The position numbers and the translations under genes were made by a program. The notes beneath the pieces were generated by a model that did no database searches, was not told the DNA's origin, and was given only the letters and a program-made list of their open reading frames with translations. Below, piece after piece: positions 8,228 to 16,833 of a DNA stretch of 64,000 nucleotides. How positions within the stretch are numbered: position 1 is the stretch's first letter; every line of letters begins with the position of its first letter. Origin of the DNA: Candidatus Latescibacterota bacterium (GTDB taxonomy: Bacteria > Latescibacterota > UBA2968 > UBA8231); assembly GCA_964291625.2 (NCBI GenBank), contig OZ220089.1, positions 960,001-1,024,000 of the forward strand. The letters run 5' to 3'.

Positions 8228-11200
8228 GCCGGCGCCACCTCAGGCTTGGCCTCCGCGGACCCGTCCTGCTCCCAGCGCGGCAGCTCCGCCGCGTACCGGC
8301 GGCGCTCCTCCTCCTCCAGGGTCCGCCAGACCAGGAACTGCTGGCGCACATCGTCGAGGAAGGTGCGCACCACCCGCCGCCAGGCCGACGGGTCGCCCTC
8401 CAGCAGCTCCAGGCCCATCTCCAGGTCGCAGAACCGGGGGTCCGGCCCCGGGCGGATCCGCAGCTCGGCGCGCTGCACCACCCCCTGGTCGAAGGGGGCC
8501 AGCCACACCCGGGCGGCCAGCCCGAGGCGGTCCTCCCCCCGGCGCAGGTCGAGGGACTCCACGTAGAACCCGGCGCCGATCGACTGCTCCCGGTGCTCGG
8601 CCCAGAACTCGGCCTGGAAGGCGGCCAGCCCCAGGGCCTCGCCCCGCGGCAGGGAGAACGGCAGCGGCACCTCGAGGCGGTCTCCCCCGAAGCCGGCGGG
8701 CAGGCTCCAGCGGCGCTCGATCCCCGGCGTGCAGATGCGTCCGGCGAGATGCGCGGGATAGAGGGCCGAGGCGGCCACCAGCAGCACCACGGAGCCGAGG
8801 GTGAGGACCGCCGCCAGGGACGAGTAGTTCAGCTCCAGCCCCTGGAGCCATCCCTGGTGCCCCAGGAGCTGGGCGGCTGTCTGGCCGAGGAGATACCCGG
8901 CCACGGCGCCGACTACCCCCAGGGCCACGGCCTCGGCCATGAACAGCCCGCTCACGTGGGCCGGCGCCAGGCCGACGGCGTTGAAGGTGCCGATCTCGCG
9001 GGTGCGCTCCCACACGGCGCCGAGCATGGTGTTGAGGACGATGAGGGCGGCGATCAGCAGCGGCACCGCCAGCCCCGCCAGGCCCGAGACCGAGGCGGCG
9101 CCGACGGTGTTGATCAGCAGCCGCCGCCCCTCCAGGCCGCCGAAGAGGTTCAGGTCGAGGGTGCGGGCCAGCTCCACCAGGTCCCGGCGGATCTCCTGGC
9201 GGCCGCCGTCGAGGCGGATGCTCACCGAGGTCAGGGTCGCCCCCTCCCAACGCATGAGGGCGGCGAAGGGCAGAACCAGCGTCGAGTTGCCGGGCAGGTG
9301 GGCGAAGACCAGGGGCTCTCCGCCCTGGCCGCCGACCTCGGCCTCGCGCGGCTGCTGGGCCTCCGGGTCCAGCGGCGTCAGGGGCTCGCCGTTGAGGTCG
9401 GGGCGGTCCAGGGCGCCGGGAGCGAGCAGGCCCGCCACGCGGAAGACCTCGCCGAAGATCCGCACCTCCGCCTCTTCCAGCCGCCCGGGGTCGATCCCCA
9501 GGGAATCGGCCAGGGCCACCGGCAGCAGGCAGGCGTCCTCCTCCCCCCGGCGCAGCCAGCGCCCCGCGACCAGGCCCTCGCCAAGCAGCCCCTCGTCCCC
9601 CGCGGTGAGCCCCGCGAACCCCTGGACCCCCACCGCTCGATCCTCCTCCCCCGGCAGGTCCCCGTCCCCCGCGGTGAGTCCGCCGAACCCCTGGACCCCC
9701 ACCGCCCGGTCCTCCTGCCCCAGCAGGCCCCCGTCGCTCTCGGTGAGCCCCGTGGACCGCTGGACCCCCACCGCTCGATCCTCCTCCCTCGGCAGGCCCC
9801 CGTCGCCGGCGGTGAGCCCCGCGGACCGCTGGACCCCCACCGCTCGATCCTCCTGCCCCTGGCGCTCGACCCGGAAGGCGGCCCCCGCGGACGAGGCCGT
9901 CATCCAGGCCCGCGGCGAGACCCGGTCCGCACCGAACCAGTCGCGCAGCATGCGCCAGCCCTCCAGCTCCATCGTCTTCCACCCCGGCATGCGCACGAGG
10001 GCGCCGTCGTACGCGGCCCCCGGCCCGATGTCGACCCAGTTGGTGCGCAGGGAGTCGCGGATCGATGTGAAGGAGAGGACCGAGAAGGTGAGCATGACCA
10101 GGGTGGCGCAGGTCAGACCGGTGCGCCACGGCCGGCGCCGCATCTGGGCCAGGCCGACGGCGACCGAGGCGAGCACCGCCCCCGAGCGCTGCACCCGCGC
10201 GCGCGCCCGCCGGCCCCCGGTCAGCTCCCGCAGCTCGCGGTTCAGCCGCCCCACGCCGAGAGCGGCCACCAGGATCCCGAGGGAGAGGGTGACGAAGCCG
10301 AGGAGGATGATCACCGGCGAGATCGACAGCTCGAAGGCCGGGTGCAGGTAGCGCAGGGCGACGAAGCCCAGCAGGAAGAGGACGAAGTAGCCGGCCACCT
10401 GGCGCCGCAGGCCGACGAAGCCGAAGAGCAGGCGCTCGGCGAAGTGGGCGAAGGGGATCAGCGCCGCCAGCAGGAAGAGGGCGCCCTGCACGACGCCGGA
10501 GCGGGTGCCCTCGACCTCGCGGTAGGCCGCCGCCGCCAGGGCCCAGGCGCGGCGGGCGCGGTCGACGGAGTCGCGGTGGCGCAAGGCGAGGCGGGCTTCC
10601 CCGGCCTCCCGCAGAAGCTCCCCGGAGCGTTCGTGGAAGGCGGCGAGCCGGGCGTTGCGCACCCCGTGGCGAAGCAGGCCCTCGATGCGCTCGCCGTTGA
10701 GGCCGTGCATGTCGGCCGCCACCCGGTGGGCCGTCTCCGGCAGGCGCCCCGGCCCGGCGGCGTACCCCGCCCCCCCGGGTGTCTCCGGCGAGCCGTTGAC
10801 CAGCAGCAGCCGGCGCCCCAGGCCGTAGCGCCCGGTGGACATGACCGCCTTGAAGCGCGTCTCCGGCCGCGCGAAGAGGACGCCCACGGGCTCGGTCCAG
10901 GAGCCGATGCGGTTGCGGTACCCGAAGAGCTCCATCTCCGGCGCCGTCAGGGGCAGGCAGGCGCCGAAGACGGGCGGCTCGGCCTCCAGGGCCGCGTCGA
11001 TCACCTGCAGGCGCTCCGGGGTGATCAGGTTGCGCGGGTCGAAGAGGGAGAGCAGGGCCGTCCCCCGCAGCGGGGCGGTGACGATCTGCACCTCCTCCTC
11101 CTCGCCGTCCATGGTGACGGTGAGGGTCCGCCGCGGCAGCCGGCGCTCGCCGTTCACGCCCCAGTCCGGGGCCTGGGTCACCGCTCCCGTCTCCGGGTCC

Positions 11201-12831
11201 AGCCCGTAGGCCTCCAGCCGCACCGGCTGGGTATAGATGATCCCCGACTCCAGCCCCGGGATGCGGTAGCGGCCCGAGTCGCCGGCCACGGCCAGGAAGT
11301 CGGGCCGCACCCCGCTCAGGGTGGGTTGCCGCAGGCGCACCCGCACCAGCGCCCCGGCCGTGGGCTGGTCCGGCAGATAGCTGCGGGGGCCGTAGTGGAC
11401 GACGTCCCCGTGGACGGTCCCGAAGGCGTCGTCGCCCCAGGCCCATTCGGGGAGTCCGGGATCCCCGGCCAGACCGGCCACGACGTGGGCGAGCAGGTCC
11501 ACCTGGCGCGCCAGCCGGGCGCAGTCCACCTGCCCGGCGAAGTCCGTGGGCGAGTCGAAGCCGGCGCGGCTGTCGTTGACGGTGACGAAGGCCAGGGCCG
11601 GACACCCGGCCAAAGCGGCCACGGACGCGTCGAGGGGGACAGTCAGGGCGAGGCCGCCGAGCCCCTGGCGGGACAGGTCCGGCCTCAGACCGTTGACAAG
11701 CTGCAGGGCGCCCCCCGCGGCCGAGTCCTCGTACGCGGCGGCCAGCTCCAGGACGCGGGACGTGACCGGCGGGACCAGCAGCGAGGTGCGGTACGGGTCC
11801 CGGGGCTTGAACACCCCCAGGCGCGAGCTGCGCGCCGACAGGTCCAGCCCCGCCACGAAGCGCAGGTCGAGGCCGGAGAGCCGCCGCAACAGGGGCGAGT
11901 CCTCTTCCTGGGTCTCGCGCTGGCCGGCGGCCTGCAGCAGCAGCGGCGTGAAGTGGCGCATCCCCGCCAGGTTCTGGAAGTGGCCCGCCGTCCACAGGAG
12001 CACCACGGTGCGCGCCGGCGGTCGCGCCGCCAGACGCCGGGCCAGCTCCAGCAGGGCCGCCGCGCCCGAGGCCTGCTCCGCCCCCGGCGCCAGGGCCGGC
12101 ACCGGCGAGACGGCGTCGTAGTACGCCGTCAGCAGGACCGCCTCCCCCCGCAGCGCCGGGTCCCGCCCCTCGACGATGGCCACGAGGTTCCGCCCGGCGG
12201 CCTCGCGCCAGGACATGCGCCCGGAGAGGCGCACACGCGCTCCCTCTCGGGCCAGCTGCCGCAGGCGGCCGGCCTCGGGCGCCCGCGCGTAGAGCCGCGG
12301 CAGGTCGGCGGGCACGTCGAGGAACTTCAGCTCCGCCTCCTTGCGGTGGGCCCCCGCCGACTCCAGAAACACCACGGCCGCCGCCCCCAGGTGGAAGGCG
12401 TCGACCCAGGCGCGGCCGGAGTCGTAATCGAGGAGCACGACGCGCCCGGCCACCGGCTGGCCCTCGAGGCCGCCGCCGTCCCCGCCGTCGGCCAGCGGCC
12501 CTTCCAGCCCGCCGGGAGGCAGGGTCGGCGTGCGCACGAGGTTGGGCCACACGCCGAAGAGCCTCAGGGATTCGGTCGCCGTCTCCGCGCGGAACCCCTC
12601 GTCGATTGGTACGGGGACGGGGAACTCGTGGCGGTGGATCTCCTCGATGCCGATGGACTGCAGTTCGGCGGTGAGCCAGTCGGCGGCCTCGAGGATCCCG
12701 GGGTAGCCGGTCATGCGCGAGGTGGGGGCGGAGAGGGCGGTGACGGTGCGGCGGAGGTTTTCCTGCAGGTCTGGGGCGGGGTCCGCGGGGGAGGGGGCGG
12801 CCAGGAGGGGGGAGAGGAGGAGCGCAGCCAT
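8224..12831 (-). CDS. Very large membrane protein: N-terminal M28-peptidase-like domain plus FtsX/MacB-like permease domain
   Basis: Signal-like MAALLLSPLLAAP (ATG 12831, GAGAGG upstream), M28-like AYYDAVS..PGAEQASG, TM bundles, and FtsX motif NTMLGAVWERTREIGTFNAVGLAP. Confidence 0.8.
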   Translation of the reverse strand: MAALLLSPLLAAPSPADPAPDLQENLRRTVTALSAPTSRMTGYPGILEAADWLTAELQSIGIEEIHRHEFPVPVPIDEGFRAETATESLRLFGVWPNLVRTPTLPPGGLEGPLADGGDGGGLEGQPVAGRVVLLDYDSGRAWVDAFHLGAAAVVFLESAGAHRKEAELKFLDVPADLPRLYARAPEAGRLRQLAREGARVRLSGRMSWREAAGRNLVAIVEGRDPALRGEAVLLTAYYDAVSPVPALAPGAEQASGAAALLELARRLAARPPARTVVLLWTAGHFQNLAGMRHFTPLLLQAAGQRETQEEDSPLLRRLSGLDLRFVAGLDLSARSSRLGVFKPRDPYRTSLLVPPVTSRVLELAAAYEDSAAGGALQLVNGLRPDLSRQGLGGLALTVPLDASVAALAGCPALAFVTVNDSRAGFDSPTDFAGQVDCARLARQVDLLAHVVAGLAGDPGLPEWAWGDDAFGTVHGDVVHYGPRSYLPDQPTAGALVRVRLRQPTLSGVRPDFLAVAGDSGRYRIPGLESGIIYTQPVRLEAYGLDPETGAVTQAPDWGVNGERRLPRRTLTVTMDGEEEEVQIVTAPLRGTALLSLFDPRNLITPERLQVIDAALEAEPPVFGACLPLTAPEMELFGYRNRIGSWTEPVGVLFARPETRFKAVMSTGRYGLGRRLLLVNGSPETPGGAGYAAGPGRLPETAHRVAADMHGLNGERIEGLLRHGVRNARLAAFHERSGELLREAGEARLALRHRDSVDRARRAWALAAAAYREVEGTRSGVVQGALFLLAALIPFAHFAERLLFGFVGLRRQVAGYFVLFLLGFVALRYLHPAFELSISPVIILLGFVTLSLGILVAALGVGRLNRELRELTGGRRARARVQRSGAVLASVAVGLAQMRRRPWRTGLTCATLVMLTFSVLSFTSIRDSLRTNWVDIGPGAAYDGALVRMPGWKTMELEGWRMLRDWFGADRVSPRAWMTASSAGAAFRVERQGQEDRAVGVQRSAGLTAGDGGLPREEDRAVGVQRSTGLTESDGGLLGQEDRAVGVQGFGGLTAGDGDLPGEEDRAVGVQGFAGLTAGDEGLLGEGLVAGRWLRRGEEDACLLPVALADSLGIDPGRLEEAEVRIFGEVFRVAGLLAPGALDRPDLNGEPLTPLDPEAQQPREAEVGGQGGEPLVFAHLPGNSTLVLPFAALMRWEGATLTSVSIRLDGGRQEIRRDLVELARTLDLNLFGGLEGRRLLINTVGAASVSGLAGLAVPLLIAALIVLNTMLGAVWERTREIGTFNAVGLAPAHVSGLFMAEAVALGVVGAVAGYLLGQTAAQLLGHQGWLQGLELNYSSLAAVLTLGSVVLLVAASALYPAHLAGRICTPGIERRWSLPAGFGGDRLEVPLPFSLPRGEALGLAAFQAEFWAEHREQSIGAGFYVESLDLRRGEDRLGLAARVWLAPFDQGVVQRAELRIRPGPDPRFCDLEMGLELLEGDPSAWRRVVRTFLDDVRQQFLVWRTLEEEERRRYAAELPRWEQDGSAEAKPEVAPA
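9577..9855. repeat. Four intragenic 69-bp (23-aa) tandem repeats
   Basis: EDRAVGVQRSAGLTAGDGGLPRE / EDRAVGVQRSTGLTESDGGLLGQ / EDRAVGVQGFGGLTAGDGDLPGE / EDRAVGVQGFAGLTAGDEGLLGE in the 8224..12831 protein. Confidence 0.9.
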
Positions 12832-12906
12832 TCCTCTCGTCTTGTGACTACACGTTTGGATACGTATTATCGCCAGTAATGGGGGACGTAGGAGACCCGA
12901 AAGAAT

Positions 12907-13172
12907 ATGGGGACACTCACCGTGCCGTTGGGGGTAGCCGATCCTCAAGGCCGCCGTTACGAGATCGTCGAGGCTATAGTGGACCCGGGGCGACTTACAC
13001 GGCCCTGCCGCTTTCGATCCTGGAACGCCTCGGCGTGGTTCCGCACGGCGCCCGGAGGTTCGTCCTCGCCGACGGCCGCCGCGTCGAGGTAGGCTTCGGC
13101 CGGATCTGGATGCGGCTCGACGGCCGCGAGGAGATCTCGCCAGTCGTCTTCCCGGAGGACTGGCTTCGGTGA
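12907..13172 (+). pseudogene. Frameshifted, 3'-truncated clan AA (retropepsin-like) aspartyl protease
   Basis: MGTLTVPLGVADPQGRRYEIVEAIVD continues in another frame as GATYTALPLSILERLGV...FVLADGRRVE...ISPVVF. Adding one A to gac-cc-ggg restores DTGATYT. The usual C-terminal PLLG segment is absent. Confidence 0.75.
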
Positions 13173-13229
13173 ACCGGGTAGAGATGCAGGAGCCGATGTA
13201 GAACTATTAGAAAGCCTGACCAGACACAC

Positions 13230-13244
13230 CGCTGTGATACAGCG
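13230..13244. promoter_or_regulatory. Palindrome in the putative cas promoter region
   Basis: CGCTGT-gat-ACAGCG, 23 bp upstream of the cas7 ATG and its GAGGAGAGG RBS. Confidence 0.35.
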
Positions 13245-13267
13245 CAGCCAACGAACGAGGAGAGGCC

Positions 13268-14476
13268 ATGACGATCGACATGCAGGTCTTGAAGGACGCG
13301 GTCTCGGGGAGGGCCGCGGCGTTTCGGTGCGTGACAGAATACCAACCGGCAGGAGGCCCCGGGGACAAGGTATTTCCCCCGACGTACGAAGGCGGCAAGT
13401 ACGCCACCGAGGAGCGCGTTGATCCTGGCACTGGCGAGATTCGGCCGTGCGTTCTCTTGGACTCCGTGCAGTCGCAGGCCAACCGGATGGAGTTGGCACT
13501 GCTGGAGGCACACCGAGCAGGAAAGGCAAAGCTTCCCCTGCTGGTAACGCGCTTCGATCAGGAAGAACTGCTCAGAAAGTTCTCGGTGACCAGCCTAGAG
13601 GCGCCTCATCGCATTGCAGACGCCCTCTTCCGCGACAGCCTGCTGGACGGGAGGACCTTTCGCAAGTCTGAGAGGGGCCGCGTGCTCGACACTGCGGACA
13701 TCGGCAACGCCACCGGCCTGTTCGGACTGTGCCCGACAGCGCTGGTGTTCGGACTGTGGGACTCCACCGGGCCTCGCGGCGGACTGGGCTGCAAGTTCCA
13801 GCGCGCGGTCGTATCCGAAATCGTGGGGTACGACGCCGTGGCCGGCGTCAAGACGGCAAGTCGCATTGATCCTGCCCAAATCATGCTCGGGGCAGGCCCC
13901 CTGTACGAGCGCCGGTCTCCCGGCGAGGACAGGCCGGATTGGACTCTGGATGAAGGCGCGGGGTCCAGGAAACTCGGCAAGGACAAGAAGGGCAAGCCGT
14001 CCGAGGCCAACCACGGAAACGTGACCCCGAGTGTCGCGGAAGGAGGCTTCACCATTTCCAGGGCACGGCAGACCACCACCCTGTCACTGGCCGTCCTGCG
14101 GCGTCTCCGGTTCCCGCTTGATGAGGCCGGGGATTCTCGCCCCGAGACCGATCTTGCAGCCCGCACCGCCTTGGCGGCCCTGGGTCTGGCGGCGGGCGCC
14201 TTGGCGCGAATCGATACGGACCTGCGTTCCCGCTGCCAGTTGTTCGCCGCGAGCGAGCCGACGTGGGAACTGCTCGATCATCCCGGGCAGCCACCGTCCG
14301 AATTCGAACTTGGTCCCGAAGATGCGCTGGAGCTGTTGGAAGAAGCGGTTGCCGGCGCCAAGGATGCCGGCCTGCCGTGGGAGGGCGAAATCGAGCTGAC
14401 CCCGTCCCCTGACTTGGTAGTACTCCTCCGGCGCAGCCAGGAATTGGCGGTCGCATCGGGAGATGAGGACGCCTGA
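13268..14476 (+). CDS. cas7: Type I-G Cas7 (Csb1/Cas7g)
   Basis: Motifs PAGGPGDKVFPPTY, LLDSVQSQANRMELAL, TSLEAPHRIADA, PTALVFGLWDS and DLRSRCQL. Strong RBS. Confidence 0.93.
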   Translation: MTIDMQVLKDAVSGRAAAFRCVTEYQPAGGPGDKVFPPTYEGGKYATEERVDPGTGEIRPCVLLDSVQSQANRMELALLEAHRAGKAKLPLLVTRFDQEELLRKFSVTSLEAPHRIADALFRDSLLDGRTFRKSERGRVLDTADIGNATGLFGLCPTALVFGLWDSTGPRGGLGCKFQRAVVSEIVGYDAVAGVKTASRIDPAQIMLGAGPLYERRSPGEDRPDWTLDEGAGSRKLGKDKKGKPSEANHGNVTPSVAEGGFTISRARQTTTLSLAVLRRLRFPLDEAGDSRPETDLAARTALAALGLAAGALARIDTDLRSRCQLFAASEPTWELLDHPGQPPSEFELGPEDALELLEEAVAGAKDAGLPWEGEIELTPSPDLVVLLRRSQELAVASGDEDA

Positions 14477-16833
14477 TGTTCGCCCTTGGCCTCCACTACC
14501 TGAACGGGTGGTCGATGGCAGCGGCGGACGGGCCGCGAAAGGAGCGGGCCGAATGGCCGCCGCATCCGGACCGGGTGTTCATGGCGATGGCGGCAGCCTG
14601 GTTCGAGACCGGCGAAGATCCTTCCGAAGGCGAGGCCCTGCGCTGGCTTGAAGCCTTGCCGCCGCCTTCGATTTCGTCCTCGGAGGCTGAGACTCGCGCC
14701 ACTGTCGTTAGCTATGTACCCGTCAACGACGATGGTGGGGGGAAGAAGAGTAGTCCGAAGACCGAGATCGACAAGCTCAGAAACAAAGGCCTGGCTGTCA
14801 TCCCGGAGGATCGGTTGCGCCAGCCCCGTGGTTTTCCGGTTGCCATTCCCCACGACCCGACGGTGCATCTGATCTGGCCAGAGATCGAGGTAGGTACTCA
14901 TCGCGACGCCCTGGAACGGCTGGCCGCCAAGGTCACCCATGTGGGGCATTCCGCCTCCTTTGTACAAGCGTGGCTGGAAGCTAGTCCACCGGACCGCACG
15001 TGGATTCCGGCGACAGGCGTCGCGCTTCGGCGACTGCGCGTGACGAGCCCTGGGCGCTTGAAGAGCCTGGAAACCCGGGTGAACCGAGCCTCCTGGATAG
15101 CCTTCCACGATCTTCGCGGAGAGATCAAGCAAGCTGAAGCGGACCTCAAGGGCATGAAGCAACCGCCAAGGGTGCCCTGGGAGGCATTCCCGGATGTGGT
15201 GATACTGGCCAGTGAGTCCAAGGTCAAGCAGCATCCAGACTATCCCGACGCGAAATCGAGTCACCACGTGCCTGCTGCTGCCAACCTGGTTGACAGCCTG
15301 GTGGACGAGTCGGGAATCACACAGGTCCGATCACTGATCACTGAAGTTAGCGAGCGCGGCGAGCCCCTGTTGGTCAGCGCAAGCGCCTGTGAGGGCGCAG
15401 GCTTCAATGCAATCCCGGCCTCCTTGGCGAAACTGTTGAGCGAGCGCCTGGACACGTCGACCACCAGGACCGTCGTTCAAGCCAATATCGTCAACCATAC
15501 AGGAGCTGACGGCTATGGCCGACTCGCTCGGCAAGCAGTATTCGAAGGAGTGGTTGAGAAGGGAAGCGAATACCTGATGGTTGATGATTTCGTCGGTCAG
15601 GGCGGCACACTGGCAAATCTACGAGGCTGGATCGAGAAAAGGGGCGGCAACGTCGTCGGTGCCGTTGTGCTGGCCGGCAAGCCGTACTCTGCTAAACTGA
15701 ACCCTTCACAGGAGCAACTGCATGAACTCCGACAAGAGCACGGATCAGACTTTGAAGAGTGGTGGAAGGAGCACTTCGGCCACACCTTCGATTGCCTTAC
15801 TCAATCGGAAGCTCGGTACCTCGCCCGCTCCCCGGATGTTGACACCATCGGAGATCGACTTGCTGCGGCAATGCGTAAAGGAAGTGGAAGATGTCACGCA
15901 CGAAGTCCTCGCGAGCAAAAAAGCCACATCGAGGAAATGAAAGCGTGCCTGGATGACCGCTTTCCCAATGGGGAACCCGTGACCCTACGCCCGGCGCCTA
16001 GCCGCTGGCAGGGATACGATAGACCCCTGAAAGACAAGGCCCCCGATGCCTCCAGTTCGGTCTTTGACCCTCGCCTCACAGTCCTCGGCATCAGAGGCCA
16101 GCGCGTGTCCTTACCGGCGACGCTGAAGCTCACGGCGGCCCTGCGCGGCCTATTGACGAAAAAGTGTCCAGAACAGCCGCCGCCCGAGTGGTTCAGCGGC
16201 CACCGTCCGGACGGTACGCCCACCGCCGAACCGCATCTGGCTTTGACTCCGCTCCCCTTCGTTGGCGCGGAACATGCAGATGGCCGCATTATGGGTCTGG
16301 CCATAGTCCTGCCGGCAGACTTGGACCAAGAGGTGGCCGGAAGGTGTCTATCCTTCCTGCACGATTCCGTTACCGGCTTGCCGTGCGAACATCCGTTGTT
16401 CGACGGCCAGTGGTTCGAGTGCGCCATTGACTTGGAAACCCGCGAACGTCCGCCGACGAACCTGGATCCCGGCACCTGGACAAGGGAGTCATGCGTCTGG
16501 GCAAGCGTGACCCCGGTGGTCCTGAACCGACATTTCGACGGCAAGGACAAGTGGGAGCGAGCCGCCGAGAGCGTCAAGGAGATGTGCGGGCACATCGGTC
16601 TGCCGAGACCTCGCCAGGTTCTGCTGCACCCGGTTTCCTTGGTCGAAGGCGTTCCCCATTCGAGGGAGTTTCCACAGTTGACGCGCAAAGGCGGCGGCGG
16701 ACGACGGAGCCACAACCATGCGGTGATCGTCTTCGACGAGCCGGTGCGCGGGCCGGTGCTCCTGGGGGCAGGACGTTTCCGGGGGTATGGTCTTTGCCGC
16801 CCGCTGGATGAACGAGGTCGGGAGCGTGGCTGA
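14476..16833 (+). CDS. csb2: Type I-G Csb2 (Cas5/Cas6-like fusion) with an internal PRTase domain insertion
   Basis: N-half EWPPHPDRVFMAM, YVPVND, VTHVGHSAS. C-half SGH..DGTP...PHLA..PLPFVG..HADG, WASVTP, FDEPVRGPVLLGAGRFRGYGLCRP. At 785 aa it is about 260 aa longer than I expect for Csb2. Confidence 0.92.
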   Translation: MFALGLHYLNGWSMAAADGPRKERAEWPPHPDRVFMAMAAAWFETGEDPSEGEALRWLEALPPPSISSSEAETRATVVSYVPVNDDGGGKKSSPKTEIDKLRNKGLAVIPEDRLRQPRGFPVAIPHDPTVHLIWPEIEVGTHRDALERLAAKVTHVGHSASFVQAWLEASPPDRTWIPATGVALRRLRVTSPGRLKSLETRVNRASWIAFHDLRGEIKQAEADLKGMKQPPRVPWEAFPDVVILASESKVKQHPDYPDAKSSHHVPAAANLVDSLVDESGITQVRSLITEVSERGEPLLVSASACEGAGFNAIPASLAKLLSERLDTSTTRTVVQANIVNHTGADGYGRLARQAVFEGVVEKGSEYLMVDDFVGQGGTLANLRGWIEKRGGNVVGAVVLAGKPYSAKLNPSQEQLHELRQEHGSDFEEWWKEHFGHTFDCLTQSEARYLARSPDVDTIGDRLAAAMRKGSGRCHARSPREQKSHIEEMKACLDDRFPNGEPVTLRPAPSRWQGYDRPLKDKAPDASSSVFDPRLTVLGIRGQRVSLPATLKLTAALRGLLTKKCPEQPPPEWFSGHRPDGTPTAEPHLALTPLPFVGAEHADGRIMGLAIVLPADLDQEVAGRCLSFLHDSVTGLPCEHPLFDGQWFECAIDLETRERPPTNLDPGTWTRESCVWASVTPVVLNRHFDGKDKWERAAESVKEMCGHIGLPRPRQVLLHPVSLVEGVPHSREFPQLTRKGGGGRRSHNHAVIVFDEPVRGPVLLGAGRFRGYGLCRPLDERGRERG
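15154..15936 (+). other. In-frame inserted phosphoribosyltransferase domain (TraN-like / polyvalent-protein PRTase), residues ~227-487 of Csb2
   Basis: MKQPPRVPWEAFPDVVI..VKQHPDY..AKS, NAIP, VVQANIVNHTGADGYGRLARQ, type I PRTase PRPP-binding motif YLMVDDFVGQGGTL (15571-15612), GKPYSAKL, WWKEHFGHTFDCLTQSEARYL. Confidence 0.85.
15722..15940 (+). CDS. Putative overprinted small ORF (72 aa) in the +1 frame of the PRTase insert
   Basis: MNSDKST...PRMLTPSEIDLLRQCVKEVEDVTHEVLASKK. It has an amphipathic helical C-half, and its TGA falls at the insert boundary (ATGA 15937-15940). Confidence 0.4.
   Translation: MNSDKSTDQTLKSGGRSTSATPSIALLNRKLGTSPAPRMLTPSEIDLLRQCVKEVEDVTHEVLASKKATSRK

Noticed and set aside
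8240-12879. 1436-aa (-) and 1428-aa (+) ORFs overlapping the FtsX-like gene
   Set aside because: Alternative-frame and antisense shadows typical of very high GC DNA.
13146-13173. GTCTTCCCGGAGGACTGGCTTCGGTGAA, loosely like a CRISPR repeat, at the protease breakpoint
   Set aside because: Only the two ends resemble the repeat. It is 7 bp too short, lacks the hairpin, and its first part is explained by the V-F codons.
15154-15936. Insert as an intein, intron or IS element, or as a sharp GC anomaly
   Set aside because: No intein C/S...HN ends, no transposase, RT or homing-nuclease motifs, and no terminal repeats. GC is locally low (29/60 at 15541-15600), but downstream csb2 is also modest (34/60 at 16321-16380), so composition does not define the boundary.
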